NCBI GenBank assembly: GCA_012735195.1
Contig: JAAYIC010000077.1
Coordinates: 10,471 to 74,470 of the forward strand
DNA length: 64,000 nt
Direction of reading: 5' to 3'
From: Bacillota bacterium
Lineage (GTDB): Bacteria; Bacillota; UBA4882; UBA10575
Translations under genes and position numbers: made by a program
Part shown: piece after piece, positions 54,445-64,000 of the stretch
Numbering within the stretch: the first letter of the stretch is position 1
Layout of the letters: every line of letters starts with the position of its first letter
The notes under the pieces: model-generated
The model's database searches: none
The model's input: the letters and a program-made list of their open reading frames with translations, nothing else
What the model was told of the DNA's origin: nothing

Positions 54445-55134
54445 TCAAAAAGCCAGATAAAACAGGTATAACCCGAGCAGGAGGATTGCCCCGCCCATGA
54501 CGAGCTTTAACACCTGGCTGAGCCGGGCATAACCTTCACTTTGCGAAAGTTTCTGCACCAACCCGAGGGAGGTCCCGGCAATTACGGTCAGCGCACCGTG
54601 GCCCAAGGCGTAGAAGAGAAGCAGCAACCCCCCCCAGGCCGGGCTTCCTTTACCTGCAACAACGGCCAACAGCGCAATCAGTACCGGTGTGGCGCAGGGT
54701 GAAGAAAAGAGCCCGCCGAGAATACCGGCGATAAACGCGCCGGCATAACCCCTCTTTTTGCTCCTGGCTGTCAGATGGGTTGAGGGGATAAACTGAAAAA
54801 TCTCCCAAGTTTGCAGGGCCATTAAAACCATCAGGAGCCCGAGGAGCAGATACCACCAGCGGGCCGCCGTCCCCAACAACCTTCCCATCAGCGCGGCCAC
54901 GACCCCCAACATTGTAAAGGTGACCGCGGCGCCGGCGGCAAAAACCAGCGAGAGCCGGAAGGCTTTTCTTTGGTCGGCTTCCATATACCCCACATAACCG
55001 ATGACCAGCGGGATACTCGACAGGGAGCAAGGGGTAAAAGAGGTAAGGACCCCGGCCGCCAGCGCCAACAAAGGCGCCGTCCAAAAATTGTTCTGAATTG
55101 CCGTGCCGATCCCTTCCAGCCAGGCGTCGATCAT
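54445..55134 (-). CDS. ccdA: Cytochrome c biogenesis protein CcdA (DsbD-family thiol-disulfide transporter)
   Basis: 229 aa, 6 TM. FTPCSLS and SSPCATP conserved Cys motifs. Confidence 0.85.
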   Translation of the reverse strand: MIDAWLEGIGTAIQNNFWTAPLLALAAGVLTSFTPCSLSSIPLVIGYVGYMEADQRKAFRLSLVFAAGAAVTFTMLGVVAALMGRLLGTAARWWYLLLGLLMVLMALQTWEIFQFIPSTHLTARSKKRGYAGAFIAGILGGLFSSPCATPVLIALLAVVAGKGSPAWGGLLLLFYALGHGALTVIAGTSLGLVQKLSQSEGYARLSQVLKLVMGGAILLLGLYLFYLAF

Positions 55135-55649
55135 TCGGTCACCCCCATTTCGACGAGGATCGCCCGCATCTGTTCTGCGGTCAGCCCTCCCTCGTGAACG
55201 GTAAAGACATGCTCATCCGTGTCTTTCTTTTTGTAAAAGATAAACGGAACCTCTTCCGCCAATTCCGCACCCGGCCGGTAGGGTTCGCCGTCGGCGGTAA
55301 AAAAGATCTGCGTCGGGATAACCCGGACCGGGAAATCCCTTGCCGCCTCCGGATATTTCCAAACATCGATATAGTGGATAACAGCCTTGCCCAGCATTTC
55401 CCCGTAGATCTTCTCCAACGCCGGCGCCATTTGCCTGCAAGGGATACAAGAATCCGAACCAAAATTAATCATTACCGGCAGGCCTTTGCCCTTGATTTCC
55501 TCCAGATCCACGTTGGTGATTTCCAGAGACGGCGAGGAATCATCCACCGGTGGCCTGCTGTTACTGTTTTTCATAAACCAGATAGAGGCAATGATAACGA
55601 GGATTACCGCCGGGACAAGGATTTGGACAACTCTTTTCTTCTCCATCAT
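55131..55649 (-). CDS. Membrane-anchored thioredoxin-fold protein (TlpA/ResA-like)
   Basis: TM anchor. INFGSDSCIPCRQM (CxxC). 4-nt overlap with ccdA. Start MMEKKR after GGGAGG. Confidence 0.8.
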   Translation of the reverse strand: MMEKKRVVQILVPAVILVIIASIWFMKNSNSRPPVDDSSPSLEITNVDLEEIKGKGLPVMINFGSDSCIPCRQMAPALEKIYGEMLGKAVIHYIDVWKYPEAARDFPVRVIPTQIFFTADGEPYRPGAELAEEVPFIFYKKKDTDEHVFTVHEGGLTAEQMRAILVEMGVTE

Positions 55650-55682
55650 AATACCTCCCGTATGCTTTGGCCCCATTCCCTA

Positions 55683-56582
55683 TTAAATGTTGAAGATATT
55701 CTTATCGTAACACCTGTCTACCTCAGCCTGGAGGGTCACATGGCTGATCCTGTAACGCCCTTTAAGGACCTTCTCTATTTGGTCATATATCTTTTCCACT
55801 TCCGACAAGGGCATATCATCCACGTCAATGTGGGCTTCAAAATGAATTGTCTTTTCATCGATCATCCAGGAATGGACATGGTGGATATTTTTCACCTTGT
55901 CGATCTTCATAATCTCGGCTTTTATTGCCTCATAATCCAAAGGGGGCGCCGATTGCATAAGAATATTAACGGTTTTCCTTATGATCTCCATAGTCTCTTT
56001 CACAATATACAAGGCGATTAATACAGTCACCAAAGGGTCGACCCAGACAAACCCCCATAATTTTATGGCGATCCCCCCGGCCAAGACCCCGACTGAAGAG
56101 ATGGTATCACTGATCAAATGAAGGTAACTCGCTTTAATATTCAGACTTTTATGGGCATCTTTCTGCAGGAGAAAAACGGAAAGAAAATCAGCAACAAGCC
56201 CGATCAGGGCCACTGCAATCATTAAGGTCCCGTCGATGACCTCAGGCGCACGCAACCTTTTATAGGCTTCAAAGAGCAACACAAAAGAGATGGCCAAAAG
56301 AACCGCGGAATTGACAAAGGCCGCCAGAATCTCCGCTCTTTTATAGCCGTAGGTCATTTTGGCATCTTTGGCCCTGCCCGCAACTTTATTGGCAATATAC
56401 GATAAAACAACAGCCGCCGTATCGCTCTGGTTATGGACGGCATCGGAGAGCAAAGCCAGGCTCCCCGAGAGTATGCCCCCCACAGCCTCCGCAACGGTAA
56501 TAAAGACCTTGAGAAGGGCTACCCAGAATACCCGTTTTCCCGTATATGCGTGGCTATGGCTGTGTCCGGACACCAAGATCAC
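55683..56582 (-). CDS. Cation diffusion facilitator family transporter (CzcD-like)
   Basis: His-rich N-terminus (SGHSHSH). SLALLSDAVHNQSD and HLISD metal-site motifs. C-terminal cytoplasmic domain. Confidence 0.85.
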   Translation of the reverse strand: MILVSGHSHSHAYTGKRVFWVALLKVFITVAEAVGGILSGSLALLSDAVHNQSDTAAVVLSYIANKVAGRAKDAKMTYGYKRAEILAAFVNSAVLLAISFVLLFEAYKRLRAPEVIDGTLMIAVALIGLVADFLSVFLLQKDAHKSLNIKASYLHLISDTISSVGVLAGGIAIKLWGFVWVDPLVTVLIALYIVKETMEIIRKTVNILMQSAPPLDYEAIKAEIMKIDKVKNIHHVHSWMIDEKTIHFEAHIDVDDMPLSEVEKIYDQIEKVLKGRYRISHVTLQAEVDRCYDKNIFNI

Positions 56583-56708
56583 CCCTCTTCAGTCTATGTC
56601 TGCCCGGTTGTCACCAAGCGCGTTAATGGATACCATCTCTGTGCCATAACTAATCCCCGTTTTAATTATCCCGCTCATCCGGGCGTCTTCCTCTCTTCCG
56701 GAATAAGA

Positions 56709-58025
56709 TTAATCCGCTGGCAAGCCCACTGCGCCCGGCTGCAATAACTCGCCGACAAAAGTAGTCACGCTCTGCTCCGGAAGCTCTGCACGGAAAGAAC
56801 CCTCAGTCACGGCCAGCGTTGGGCCGGGGGCAATATTTTTCTCGGCATCGGTAACCCAGGAGAGGACCTCCGCCGTTTCCCCGTTTTGCAGGGTAAAGTC
56901 CAGGGCTACCGGTGATCTGCGCCTGTTAATGGCGACGATGACCACCTTGTCGTCACCCTTGTATGCAGTTACATTAACGTTGGCAGCCGGCCGGGAAGTG
57001 GCTTCAACCCGGTAGTAATCGGGCCGGACGAATTTGGCAAATTGCCCCACAACATATCCCCGCTTTTGCGGGACATATTGCTTGTTAAGAAAACCGTTGG
57101 CGTCACTCACCACCCACCACCAGATATAGGCGTTCATATTTCCAATGGTCAGGCAGTCATGGATCTCTTTGGCCGTATCCAGGGCCGCCCGTAATGATTG
57201 GTCATTAACCAAGTGTTCCGTCATCCACACTTCTTTTCCTTTCCTGTGGGCTAAACGATATTCCCTGACTGTAGTTCCGTAAAGATGTCCGCCGATAATC
57301 GACACGTATTTGCAGGCCTCCGGGTCTTTAAGGGTGGGGTCGGAGAGCCGAAAATCAAAGTTGTACGCCTCCGGCATAATGATCCGGAGATCACCGAAGA
57401 CCTCCCCGTGGTTTTTCAGGAAATCCCGCATCTGTTCCCCAGTCCAGAAGCACGATTCATAATCCACCTCAATATTCGGCTCGTTCTGGATGGAGATGGC
57501 ATAGAGCGGGACCTTGTTATGGGCAAAGTAATCCGCAAAAGCCTTTAAGTATTGGGCGTAATTAGCATATTCCTCGGGTTTGAGCCAGCCGCCGACAAGG
57601 CTGTTATTGGTCTTCATCGAAGCCGGGGGCGTCCACGGTGTGGCAATAACAATCGCCCCCCTGGCCTGCGCCTTTTTGGCGTTGTAAAGTTCCGTTATCC
57701 AACTGCTATCCACTAAAACCGGGGCCGCTCTCCAGATTTCACTAGGAGCGATCCGCACCCGCAGGATACTGAGGCCCATATCTTTAAAGAGGATATCCAT
57801 ATTGGTGTCGCTGAGCGATCCACACCAGGCGCTGGCCGCGCCAAACCCCCTGATTGTCTGTTTGGTGGCAGCCAAATCCACATTGACGCGGGCTTGCGCT
57901 TCTCCGGCCATTGTGGTCTGCACGTAGCCGGTGAACAATACGGAAACAAGCAAGAGCAAACACAAAACCATTTTCCCAATTAACCGGGGTTTTTTTCCCG
58001 CCCGGACAATACCGGTGGTCGTCAT
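56709..58025 (-). CDS. Secreted glycoside hydrolase family 30 protein
   Basis: Signal peptide. QTIRGFGAASAW, SIQNEPN (acid/base Glu) and WMTEH (nucleophile Glu) blocks. Start uncertain (alternative M at 57971). Confidence 0.7.
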   Translation of the reverse strand: MTTTGIVRAGKKPRLIGKMVLCLLLLVSVLFTGYVQTTMAGEAQARVNVDLAATKQTIRGFGAASAWCGSLSDTNMDILFKDMGLSILRVRIAPSEIWRAAPVLVDSSWITELYNAKKAQARGAIVIATPWTPPASMKTNNSLVGGWLKPEEYANYAQYLKAFADYFAHNKVPLYAISIQNEPNIEVDYESCFWTGEQMRDFLKNHGEVFGDLRIIMPEAYNFDFRLSDPTLKDPEACKYVSIIGGHLYGTTVREYRLAHRKGKEVWMTEHLVNDQSLRAALDTAKEIHDCLTIGNMNAYIWWWVVSDANGFLNKQYVPQKRGYVVGQFAKFVRPDYYRVEATSRPAANVNVTAYKGDDKVVIVAINRRRSPVALDFTLQNGETAEVLSWVTDAEKNIAPGPTLAVTEGSFRAELPEQSVTTFVGELLQPGAVGLPAD

Positions 58026-58332
58026 CTTCTCCCCTCTTTCTGTCAGATCTTGAATGCGCTGCTGAAGGTGATAAATCCCTTCCCGCGCGTGGTAATACTA
58101 TAATACCCCAGGGCCTATAACCGGTCAACCGCGTTCTTATTTAAATGCTTTGACAAAAAGAAAAAACCCGCCCTAAAAGGGCAGGCCACGAAAACATGAG
58201 CAAGGTAGACTATCATGCGTTCTTAATTTTGGTTTCCACCATTACCGGCGGATTGAATAACAGCATCATACTGGTAGATTTTTGGGTTCATAATATCACA
58301 CCCTTTTGCCAAGGTTTTGAATTGATGAGCCC

Positions 58333-58818
58333 CTAAATCCCCACTTTCACCAGCTTCGGTTCTAATAGTTTCACCAAATCCTGCGGGTCCATTTCCACCA
58401 GAAAACCTCTTTTTCCCCCGTTAATATAGACCTTGGGCAGGTTCAGAATTGTTGCTTCCATGTACACGGGCATTTTTCGGCGGGTGCCAAAGGGCGAGAT
58501 GCCACCCACCAGATAGCCGCTGTGTTTGGTCGCAGTCACCGGTTCACACGGTTTGATTCTTTTAACCCCAATGACACGGGCCAATTCTTTGGCGGAGACT
58601 TCTTGGTCGCCATGCATCAAAACAATCAGGGGAGCTTCATTTTCATCTTCCATAATTAAAGTCTTAATCGTTGCATGTTCATCTAACCCCAATTCCCGTG
58701 CTGCAACCTCTGTTCCACCCCTGTCCTCATAAGCATATAAATATGGGGTATAACTGACCTTCGCCGCCCGTAAAAAACGAATTCCCTGGGTAACAGGGTA
58801 TTTAACTTGCGAAGCCAA
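58333..58818 (-). CDS. ybaK: Cys-tRNA(Pro)/Cys-tRNA(Cys) deacylase YbaK
   Basis: 161 aa. KTLIME..., SGYLVGGISPFG block as in E. coli YbaK. Confidence 0.8.
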   Translation of the reverse strand: MASQVKYPVTQGIRFLRAAKVSYTPYLYAYEDRGGTEVAARELGLDEHATIKTLIMEDENEAPLIVLMHGDQEVSAKELARVIGVKRIKPCEPVTATKHSGYLVGGISPFGTRRKMPVYMEATILNLPKVYINGGKRGFLVEMDPQDLVKLLEPKLVKVGI

Positions 58819-59300
58819 AACAAGCCCTCACCCTTTCTAGGTTAAGCCTGCCTTAATAGCATATATCATTTTATACGGCAAACAATGCCTCCTTCAATTT
58901 CTGCATTATTAGTCCGGTATCCATCAAGGGCTCACCTCCCGAAAGTGCCTTCATTTATACATTTTTAAAGTCAGTACCTGCTTAACCTTGGTTTTTATAA
59001 ACGTTTTATCCATGGCCTGTCAAACTTCTCCTTCACCAATAACGCTCTTAAGTTATTATACCATAATTCTACAGGTTAACTACAAAAGCAAAGAACACCG
59101 TAAAAGCCGTAGAAAAGCATCTCACAAGCCGGGCTTCACTCTTTAACTTCCTGCGGCGGACAGGCGGTAGCCGGTATGACCGGTATAAATTGTCACTTTA
59201 TGCCTATTCTATACAAAAAAATTACCCTCCTGTCATTACGCAAACTAGAGGGTGAAGAAAGATGATAATTGACGAGAGTGATTAGCGGTTCTTTAAGCAA

Positions 59301-59924
59301 CTATTTATTTCTATCGGCATAAACAGCCATTGCATCACGCATGAACTTTGCCAGGCCTTCCCCGAATTTATCAATATTTTCCGTGAATCGTGGATCATCC
59401 ACGTACATTTCACCAAGATTTTTAAACGCCTCAAGGGAGTAATCGCCCATTTTGTTCAAGAACAGATACCACTCTTCAATTGCTGCTAGGGCTTCTTCTG
59501 AATCAGCCGGGAGATGACGAACCTTCGCCAAATTCTCATAGATTGCCTTGAATTTTTCCGCAAATTCTTCCTGCCCGGACTTGGATAATGCAGCTATTCT
59601 TGCGTTGGCTTTATCTATTGTCTTTTCAATTGTCCTGATCATTTTATCCAGCTGGCTTCTTCTATTAAGGAGCATCTTATGCTGTACTTCAAGGGCCTTT
59701 TGCCGGTCGAATAAAGGGTTATTAATAATCTCTTTAATTCTCTTCAAAGGGAAGCCTAGTTCTTTAAAGAATAATATTTGCTGCAGAGTCTCGAGGTTTT
59801 TTTCGGAGTATTCTCTATAACCCGATGCAGTTATTTTTTCCGGTTTTAATAATCCTATTTCATCGTAGTAATGCAGTGTGCGCACACTAATACCGACTAG
59901 ATCGGCGACTTCCCTTACTTTCAT
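59301..59924 (-). CDS. MerR-family regulator with TipAS-type C-terminal effector domain
   Basis: MKVREVADLVGISVRTLHYYDEIGLLKP HTH. C-terminal ...LGEMYVDDPRFTENIDKFGEGLAKFMRDAMAVYA (TipAS pattern). Confidence 0.8.
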   Translation of the reverse strand: MKVREVADLVGISVRTLHYYDEIGLLKPEKITASGYREYSEKNLETLQQILFFKELGFPLKRIKEIINNPLFDRQKALEVQHKMLLNRRSQLDKMIRTIEKTIDKANARIAALSKSGQEEFAEKFKAIYENLAKVRHLPADSEEALAAIEEWYLFLNKMGDYSLEAFKNLGEMYVDDPRFTENIDKFGEGLAKFMRDAMAVYADRNK

Positions 59925-59948
59925 CCCTGTTCACTCCCTTCTTTATAT

Positions 59949-59979
59949 ACTATAAAGTATTACGTAACGTGAGAGTCAA
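59949..59979 (-). promoter_or_regulatory. MerR-type promoter with 19-nt spacer and palindromic operator
   Basis: Minus strand: TTGACT-N19-TATAGT. The spacer contains the palindrome ACGTTACGTAA(CGT). The overlong spacer is the MerR hallmark. Confidence 0.6.
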
Positions 59980-60200
59980 TATGTAAATAAATAAACGCCT
60001 CGCTCAGGGTAGATCTTTCCACGCTCTTGGCGAGTCACCCAGCGGCCAAACTGGTCATTTTCATTATATAAAAAATGACCAGTTTGTTACGGCATTTCAA
60101 TCTTCAAAGATTCTCTTGATTATTCATGCCCGGTCCAACTAAGCATTTTTCGTAAACAAAAAGAATATGTTAATAAAAAACCGCTGAAAGGACGGGTAGT

Positions 60201-60638
60201 ATGAATAATAATTCCAGACCGTGTCCGCATCTCGAATTAAGAGATTATGGACCAGATCCTTTTGTTATTAATATCGAAGAGGCCACCAGGGAAAATACGA
60301 ATTTTCGCCTTGCCTTGTGGACAGGGAAGCACCTGCAGCTTACTTTGATGAGCCTCAATGTCGGGGAAGAGATCGGCCTGGAAATGCACCCCGACGTTGA
60401 CCAGTTCATACGGGTTGAAGAAGGCCGGGGGCTTGTTGAAATAGGGGATGACAGAGATAACTTGGATTTTCAAAGAAATCTCTATGATGACTATATCGTA
60501 ATCGTTCCCGCAGGCAAATGGCATAACCTGACCAATACCGGCAATATCCCGCTGAAATTGTATTCGATTTATGCCCCGCCTGAACATCCCTTTGGCACGA
60601 TTCATGTAACCAAACCCAAAGAAAATAATGACTCCTAA
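60201..60638 (+). CDS. Cupin domain protein
   Basis: 145 aa. GLEMHPDVDQFIRVEEG ... VPAGKWHNLTN two-motif cupin pattern. Confidence 0.7.
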   Translation: MNNNSRPCPHLELRDYGPDPFVINIEEATRENTNFRLALWTGKHLQLTLMSLNVGEEIGLEMHPDVDQFIRVEEGRGLVEIGDDRDNLDFQRNLYDDYIVIVPAGKWHNLTNTGNIPLKLYSIYAPPEHPFGTIHVTKPKENNDS

Positions 60639-60651
60639 CGCAGAAAATCCA

Positions 60652-60685
60652 GCCCTCCCTATGAAAAGGGAGGGCCTTTGTTTGC
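60652..60685 (+). terminator. Terminator after the cupin gene
   Basis: gccctccct-atgaaa-agggagggc followed by ctttgtttg. Confidence 0.65.
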
Positions 60686-60882
60686 TGCCCCTTTTTTTAC
60701 TTTATTCCCAATTCGTCTTTTCTATCTATATAAAAAACCCCCGGGTCTAAACCCGGGGCGCGTTCTTACCCTTCCGGAGGTATGAGAGTAATGTTTCTCG
60801 TTTCTGAACGGTGCCGGATGGTATGGTCTTTCTCTTTATATTTCACGTAAACGGTCCAGTCCCGAGCCTGATCTAAACCGAG

Positions 60883-61331
60883 TTATACATCAAAACCAGC
60901 ACGGGTAACAGACTCATCACCTTTTAAAATGATCGAAGTATTTTGCGTTGTTATTTCAAGTGAACCTGCGAATCCCCAGCCCAGACTGAGTATATATTCC
61001 GGGGCTATACCCGTCCGCTGATAGGCTGACCATTGGAACTCCGGCGGCCAGGGATCCGGCCCAATCTCGGCATTATCCTCCGGGCTGAGCAGTTCGAATC
61101 CATACAATCCCATATCAATCGTACCAAGATTGTTATCCCCGGCTTTTACTATGTACTCATAGACACGGGTCTCGCTGAAAGTCGCGTTAGCAGTCTCGGT
61201 CGGTCTAAAAACAAGAGAGACAACTCATCCGGGGTAACAGTATTCGTGATCCATTGAACCGCTGCCATGAGAGAAGTGGCCGTTTTCGGAGAGAGTAGTG
61301 CCATAATAACCTTTATCATTTGCCCAGACAT
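60883..61331 (-). pseudogene. Frameshifted ORF of unknown function
   Basis: Two frames join. One reads ...MAAVQWITNTVTPDE (61149-61331). The other reads LVFRPTETANATFSETRVYEYIVKAGDNNLGTIDMGLYGFELLSPEDNAEIGPDPWPPEFQWSAY... (to 60883). Own minus-strand terminator at 60731-60758. Confidence 0.4.
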
Positions 61332-61356
61332 AATGGGATACTTGGTCGGAGCCAGT

Positions 61357-62007
61357 TCAAAGCCTTTGTTGTTTTATAATTCTATTGTCACCCAGGATTT
61401 CAGGCTTATGTATCATGCTGTCCGCTTCTGTAATTTCCCGGATAACCCGGCAGGGATTGCCCGCGGCAAAGCTGTTGCTGGGAATGTCCCTTACTACAAC
61501 GCTTCCTGCCCCGATCACACAACTATCCCCGATTGTTACCCCGGAGCAGACAACAACATTGGCCCCTAACCAGCAGTCGTTTCCGATCTTAACGGGTTTT
61601 GCATAGATCATGTGTTTTGCCACCCCGTCTTTATCCGTAAGCGCCCGGCGTTCATTCGGAAGCATCGGGTGAACCGGTGTGACAATAGTCACATTCGGTC
61701 CAAAATTGCAGTAATCGCCGATAATTACCCATGTGTCATCTTGAATGGTCAAGTTGAAGTTGGCATAGAAGTGATCGCCAATTTTGGTATGTTTTCCATA
61801 GTGGATATAAATCGGCCCCTGCAAAAAGCCGTTCTTTCCAAACTCACAAAAAATTTCCCTGATTAATTCTTCTCTTTTTTCAGTTTCATCTTCAAAGGTC
61901 CGGTTGTATTCAGAACACAGATTGTGCGTTCTCAGTTTTATTGCCTTCAACTCCGGATCATCCGGTGAAAACAGGACCCCGGCAAAGATCTTCTCTTCTT
62001 CTCTCAT
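61357..62007 (-). CDS. Maltose/galactoside O-acetyltransferase-like hexapeptide-repeat transferase
   Basis: Start MREEEKIFAGVLFSP after AAGGAGAG. Mac N-domain, then left-handed beta-helix repeats (IGDNCWLGANVVVCSGVTIGDSCVIGAGSVV). Confidence 0.8.
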   Translation of the reverse strand: MREEEKIFAGVLFSPDDPELKAIKLRTHNLCSEYNRTFEDETEKREELIREIFCEFGKNGFLQGPIYIHYGKHTKIGDHFYANFNLTIQDDTWVIIGDYCNFGPNVTIVTPVHPMLPNERRALTDKDGVAKHMIYAKPVKIGNDCWLGANVVVCSGVTIGDSCVIGAGSVVVRDIPSNSFAAGNPCRVIREITEADSMIHKPEILGDNRIIKQQRL

Positions 62008-62255
62008 TTTTGCTCTCCTTATAATAAAATTATTATAAAACAAACCTTTTCCGCTGAAGCAACCATTGATCCATTTTATTCTTGATAAATCCCATTTCCC
62101 CTGCCAAGTCTGTTTTTTGCCTCCCGGGTATGAGACAGTAGTTGCCGGGGAGCCGGAGTATAATTAACCATTAAAAAAAGAAAAATGAGGCCCTGTGGCG
62201 AACTATTTATACAGGGAGGGTACGATAATATAACCCTCCTGAAAGTGGGGGGAAA

Positions 62256-62690
62256 ATGATAAGGAGATTTGAACAATCTGATTTGGAACCGTGTGCAAAA
62301 ATATTCATGTCGGTCTACAATAATGAAATATGGCAAAACTTCTGGTCTTTTGAAAAAGCAAAAGAGTACTTAAAAGACATTACTGAATTCAAAAAATTTA
62401 TCGGCTTTACTCTATTGGTGGATAACTCTATAAAAGGAGCGATACTGGGCCGTGAAAAAACATGGTGGAATAATAATGAAATTTTTATTGAAGAAATGTT
62501 CGTTTCACCTGAACTACAAAGGCAGGGTTATGGAACCGCTCTTCTCAATGCAGTTGAATGCTATATAAAGGAAAAGGGCCTAGCGGGATTTACTTTATTA
62601 ACAAATCGTTATACGCCGGCGCCCAATTTTTATCGAAAAAACGGTTTTTGCGATGGTGAACATGTTCTTTTTATGTATAAAGTAGTCTAA
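62256..62690 (+). CDS. GNAT family N-acetyltransferase
   Basis: 144 aa. VSPELQRQGYGTALL (acetyl-CoA Q/RxxGxG/A motif). Confidence 0.75.
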   Translation: MIRRFEQSDLEPCAKIFMSVYNNEIWQNFWSFEKAKEYLKDITEFKKFIGFTLLVDNSIKGAILGREKTWWNNNEIFIEEMFVSPELQRQGYGTALLNAVECYIKEKGLAGFTLLTNRYTPAPNFYRKNGFCDGEHVLFMYKVV

Positions 62691-62791
62691 GATTTTGCTA
62701 AAGGACGATAATTTGACAATCGATTTGCGCATTGTATAATCTAATCGGGTAAAGACTGATGATTTAAGCAGAGGAAAAGGGGTTACAAGTC

Positions 62792-63757
62792 TTGAGTATA
62801 ATTGAGGTAACAAATCTGAGCAAACGTTTTGGCGATCTTGAAGCAGTAAAAGGGATCAGTTTCTCCGTTGCCGAGGGGGAGATCTTTGGGTTCTTAGGCC
62901 CAAATGGCGCCGGAAAAACCACCACTATTAATATGCTTACTGGACTCGCCAGGCCGACAGCGGGAAGGATAACCATTTCCGGGCAAGACGGGATCAAAAA
63001 TATTAAAAAGGTCCAGCGGTTCATCGGGATCGTTCCTGATGAGAGCAATCTTTACAATGAATTGAGCGGCTTTGAGAACCTGGTTTTCTGTGCTTCCCTT
63101 TATGAGATGGGGAAAAGAGAACGGGAAGCAAGAGCCCGGGAATTACTGGCCCGGTTTGGCCTGGCGGGTACAGGAAAACGCCCTTTTAAAGCCTATTCCA
63201 AAGGGATGAAAAGAAAACTGACCATTGCCGCAGGGATTATTCACGACCCAAAGATTCTGTTTTTGGATGAACCGACCACCGGTATTGACGTGGAAAGCGC
63301 CGGGCAAATCCGGGAGCTAATCAAAGATCTTAATCGTAAGGGAACGACTGTCTTTTTAACCACCCATTACATCGAAGAGGCCGAAAGGCTCTGTCACCGC
63401 ATTGGTTTCATTGTCGACGGTAAAGTGGTTGCGGTTGACAGTGTCAATCGTTTGCTCCGCGAAACCCAGCAGGAAAATACCGTTGAATTCACTATGGACA
63501 AAAGGAAGGCCGGTCTAGAAAGTCTGCTGCAAAAAAGCTTCCCCGGGATAACGGTAAAGGAAATTTCCGCCCACAAGGTCAGAATCGCTTCCCCTGAAGA
63601 AATTGAATTAATGCCCTTCATGCAATTTTTCTCTGCCAACAACATCAAAATCAAGGAAGCGAAAATCGTCCGACCCACCCTTGAAGAGGTTTTTCTCAAA
63701 ATCACCGGGATCAAAATCCACAAACTGAACAAAGAGAAGGAAGGGGGAGCGAAATGA
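62792..63757 (+). CDS. ABC transporter ATP-binding protein (ABC-2/DrrA-like)
   Basis: GPNGAGKTT Walker A, YSKGMKRKL signature variant, ILFLDEPTTGID Walker B. Confidence 0.85.
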   Translation: MSIIEVTNLSKRFGDLEAVKGISFSVAEGEIFGFLGPNGAGKTTTINMLTGLARPTAGRITISGQDGIKNIKKVQRFIGIVPDESNLYNELSGFENLVFCASLYEMGKREREARARELLARFGLAGTGKRPFKAYSKGMKRKLTIAAGIIHDPKILFLDEPTTGIDVESAGQIRELIKDLNRKGTTVFLTTHYIEEAERLCHRIGFIVDGKVVAVDSVNRLLRETQQENTVEFTMDKRKAGLESLLQKSFPGITVKEISAHKVRIASPEEIELMPFMQFFSANNIKIKEAKIVRPTLEEVFLKITGIKIHKLNKEKEGGAK

Positions 63758-64000
63758 GCCGGGCATTCTGGAACATCTTGCTAAAGGATATAAAGACTTA
63801 CTACCTAAAACCGCCCAATATTAGCTGGGGGATTATTTTCCCCGTCTCCTGGACGCTTATGTTCTTTATCCGCTCGGGCGGCGCTGTGGACATCAGGGGG
63901 ATCCTCCCCGGGGTCATGGCTTTGTCCGTCTTGTTTGGCACCACCTCGATGCTGGCGGTGACAATTACCTTTGAAAGGAGACAACGCTCTTTTGAACGGT
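63754..64000 (+). CDS. ABC-2 type transporter permease, 5'-partial view (runs off right edge)
   Basis: ATGA overlap with the ATPase stop. MSRAFWNILLKDIKTYYLKPPNISWGIIFPVSW... hydrophobic. Not in the track (no stop in the window). Confidence 0.7.
   Translation, partial: MSRAFWNILLKDIKTYYLKPPNISWGIIFPVSWTLMFFIRSGGAVDIRGILPGVMALSVLFGTTSMLAVTITFERRQRSFER

Noticed and set aside
55098-56021. 307-aa plus-strand ORF
   Set aside because: It lies antisense to the thioredoxin-like and CDF transporter genes, both of which have strong signatures.
58223-58291. 22-aa ORF (MNPKIYQYDAVIQSAGNGGNQN) with an AAGGGTG RBS between ybaK and a downstream minus-strand hairpin/T-tract (~58160-58190)
   Set aside because: It is too short to support from sequence alone and there is no conservation evidence. 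It would need ribosome profiling or comparative genomics.

Overview
Chromosomal segment of an anaerobic, endospore-forming Firmicute, Clostridia-like. The taxonomic guess rests on gene content: spoIID plus an M23/SpoIIQ-like gene, YwmB, a SleB-type hydrolase, a four-subunit 2-oxoacid:ferredoxin oxidoreductase, GH57 genes and bacteriohemerythrin. All product calls come from motifs read by eye in the supplied translations; no database was searched.

Most of the window is housekeeping:
- hflX, coaX, a NIF3-like gene, an M16 peptidase, Pit and Na/Pi phosphate transporters
- PMM/PGM, a rhomboid protease, an rRNA m5C methyltransferase, an AsnB-like gene, ddh, pullulanase, pfk
- a MocR regulator with an aminotransferase, CcdA with a thioredoxin-like protein, a CDF transporter, GH30, ybaK, and two tRNAs

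Features that stand out:
1. A co-directional five-gene locus at 40535-46125 (minus strand). All five products carry signal peptides and none has an ATPase motif. It encodes two small pilin-like beta-rich proteins, a four-module Ig-like protein, a minimal secretin and a beta-rich partner. This is the best candidate for an undescribed surface-fibre or spore-appendage assembly system.
2. A second secretin-like protein fused to two LysM domains (26199-27848).
3. A SleB-type hydrolase with an N-terminal domain that looks like an outer-membrane beta-barrel (7792-8637).
4. A 1.2-kaa SF1 (Upf1/DNA2-like) helicase preceded by five tandem ~90-aa repeats (33353-37018).
5. Many intergenic regions hold degenerate short tandem repeats and alternating purine-pyrimidine, palindrome-rich tracts. 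These include a 7-copy array with a 61-70 bp period and CRISPR-like geometry but no conserved repeat (31536-31955), a 214-nt insertion inside the kor operon, and an in-frame copy inside the rRNA methyltransferase gene.
6. Decay features: a frameshifted M16 peptidase, an IS3-type transposase remnant beside a truncated RHS-like ORF, and a frameshifted ORF in a more AT-rich accessory segment at the right end.

Three likely genes are missing from the ORF track and are added here: the partial M23 gene at the left edge, a 58-aa ferredoxin and a 59-aa RHH protein.
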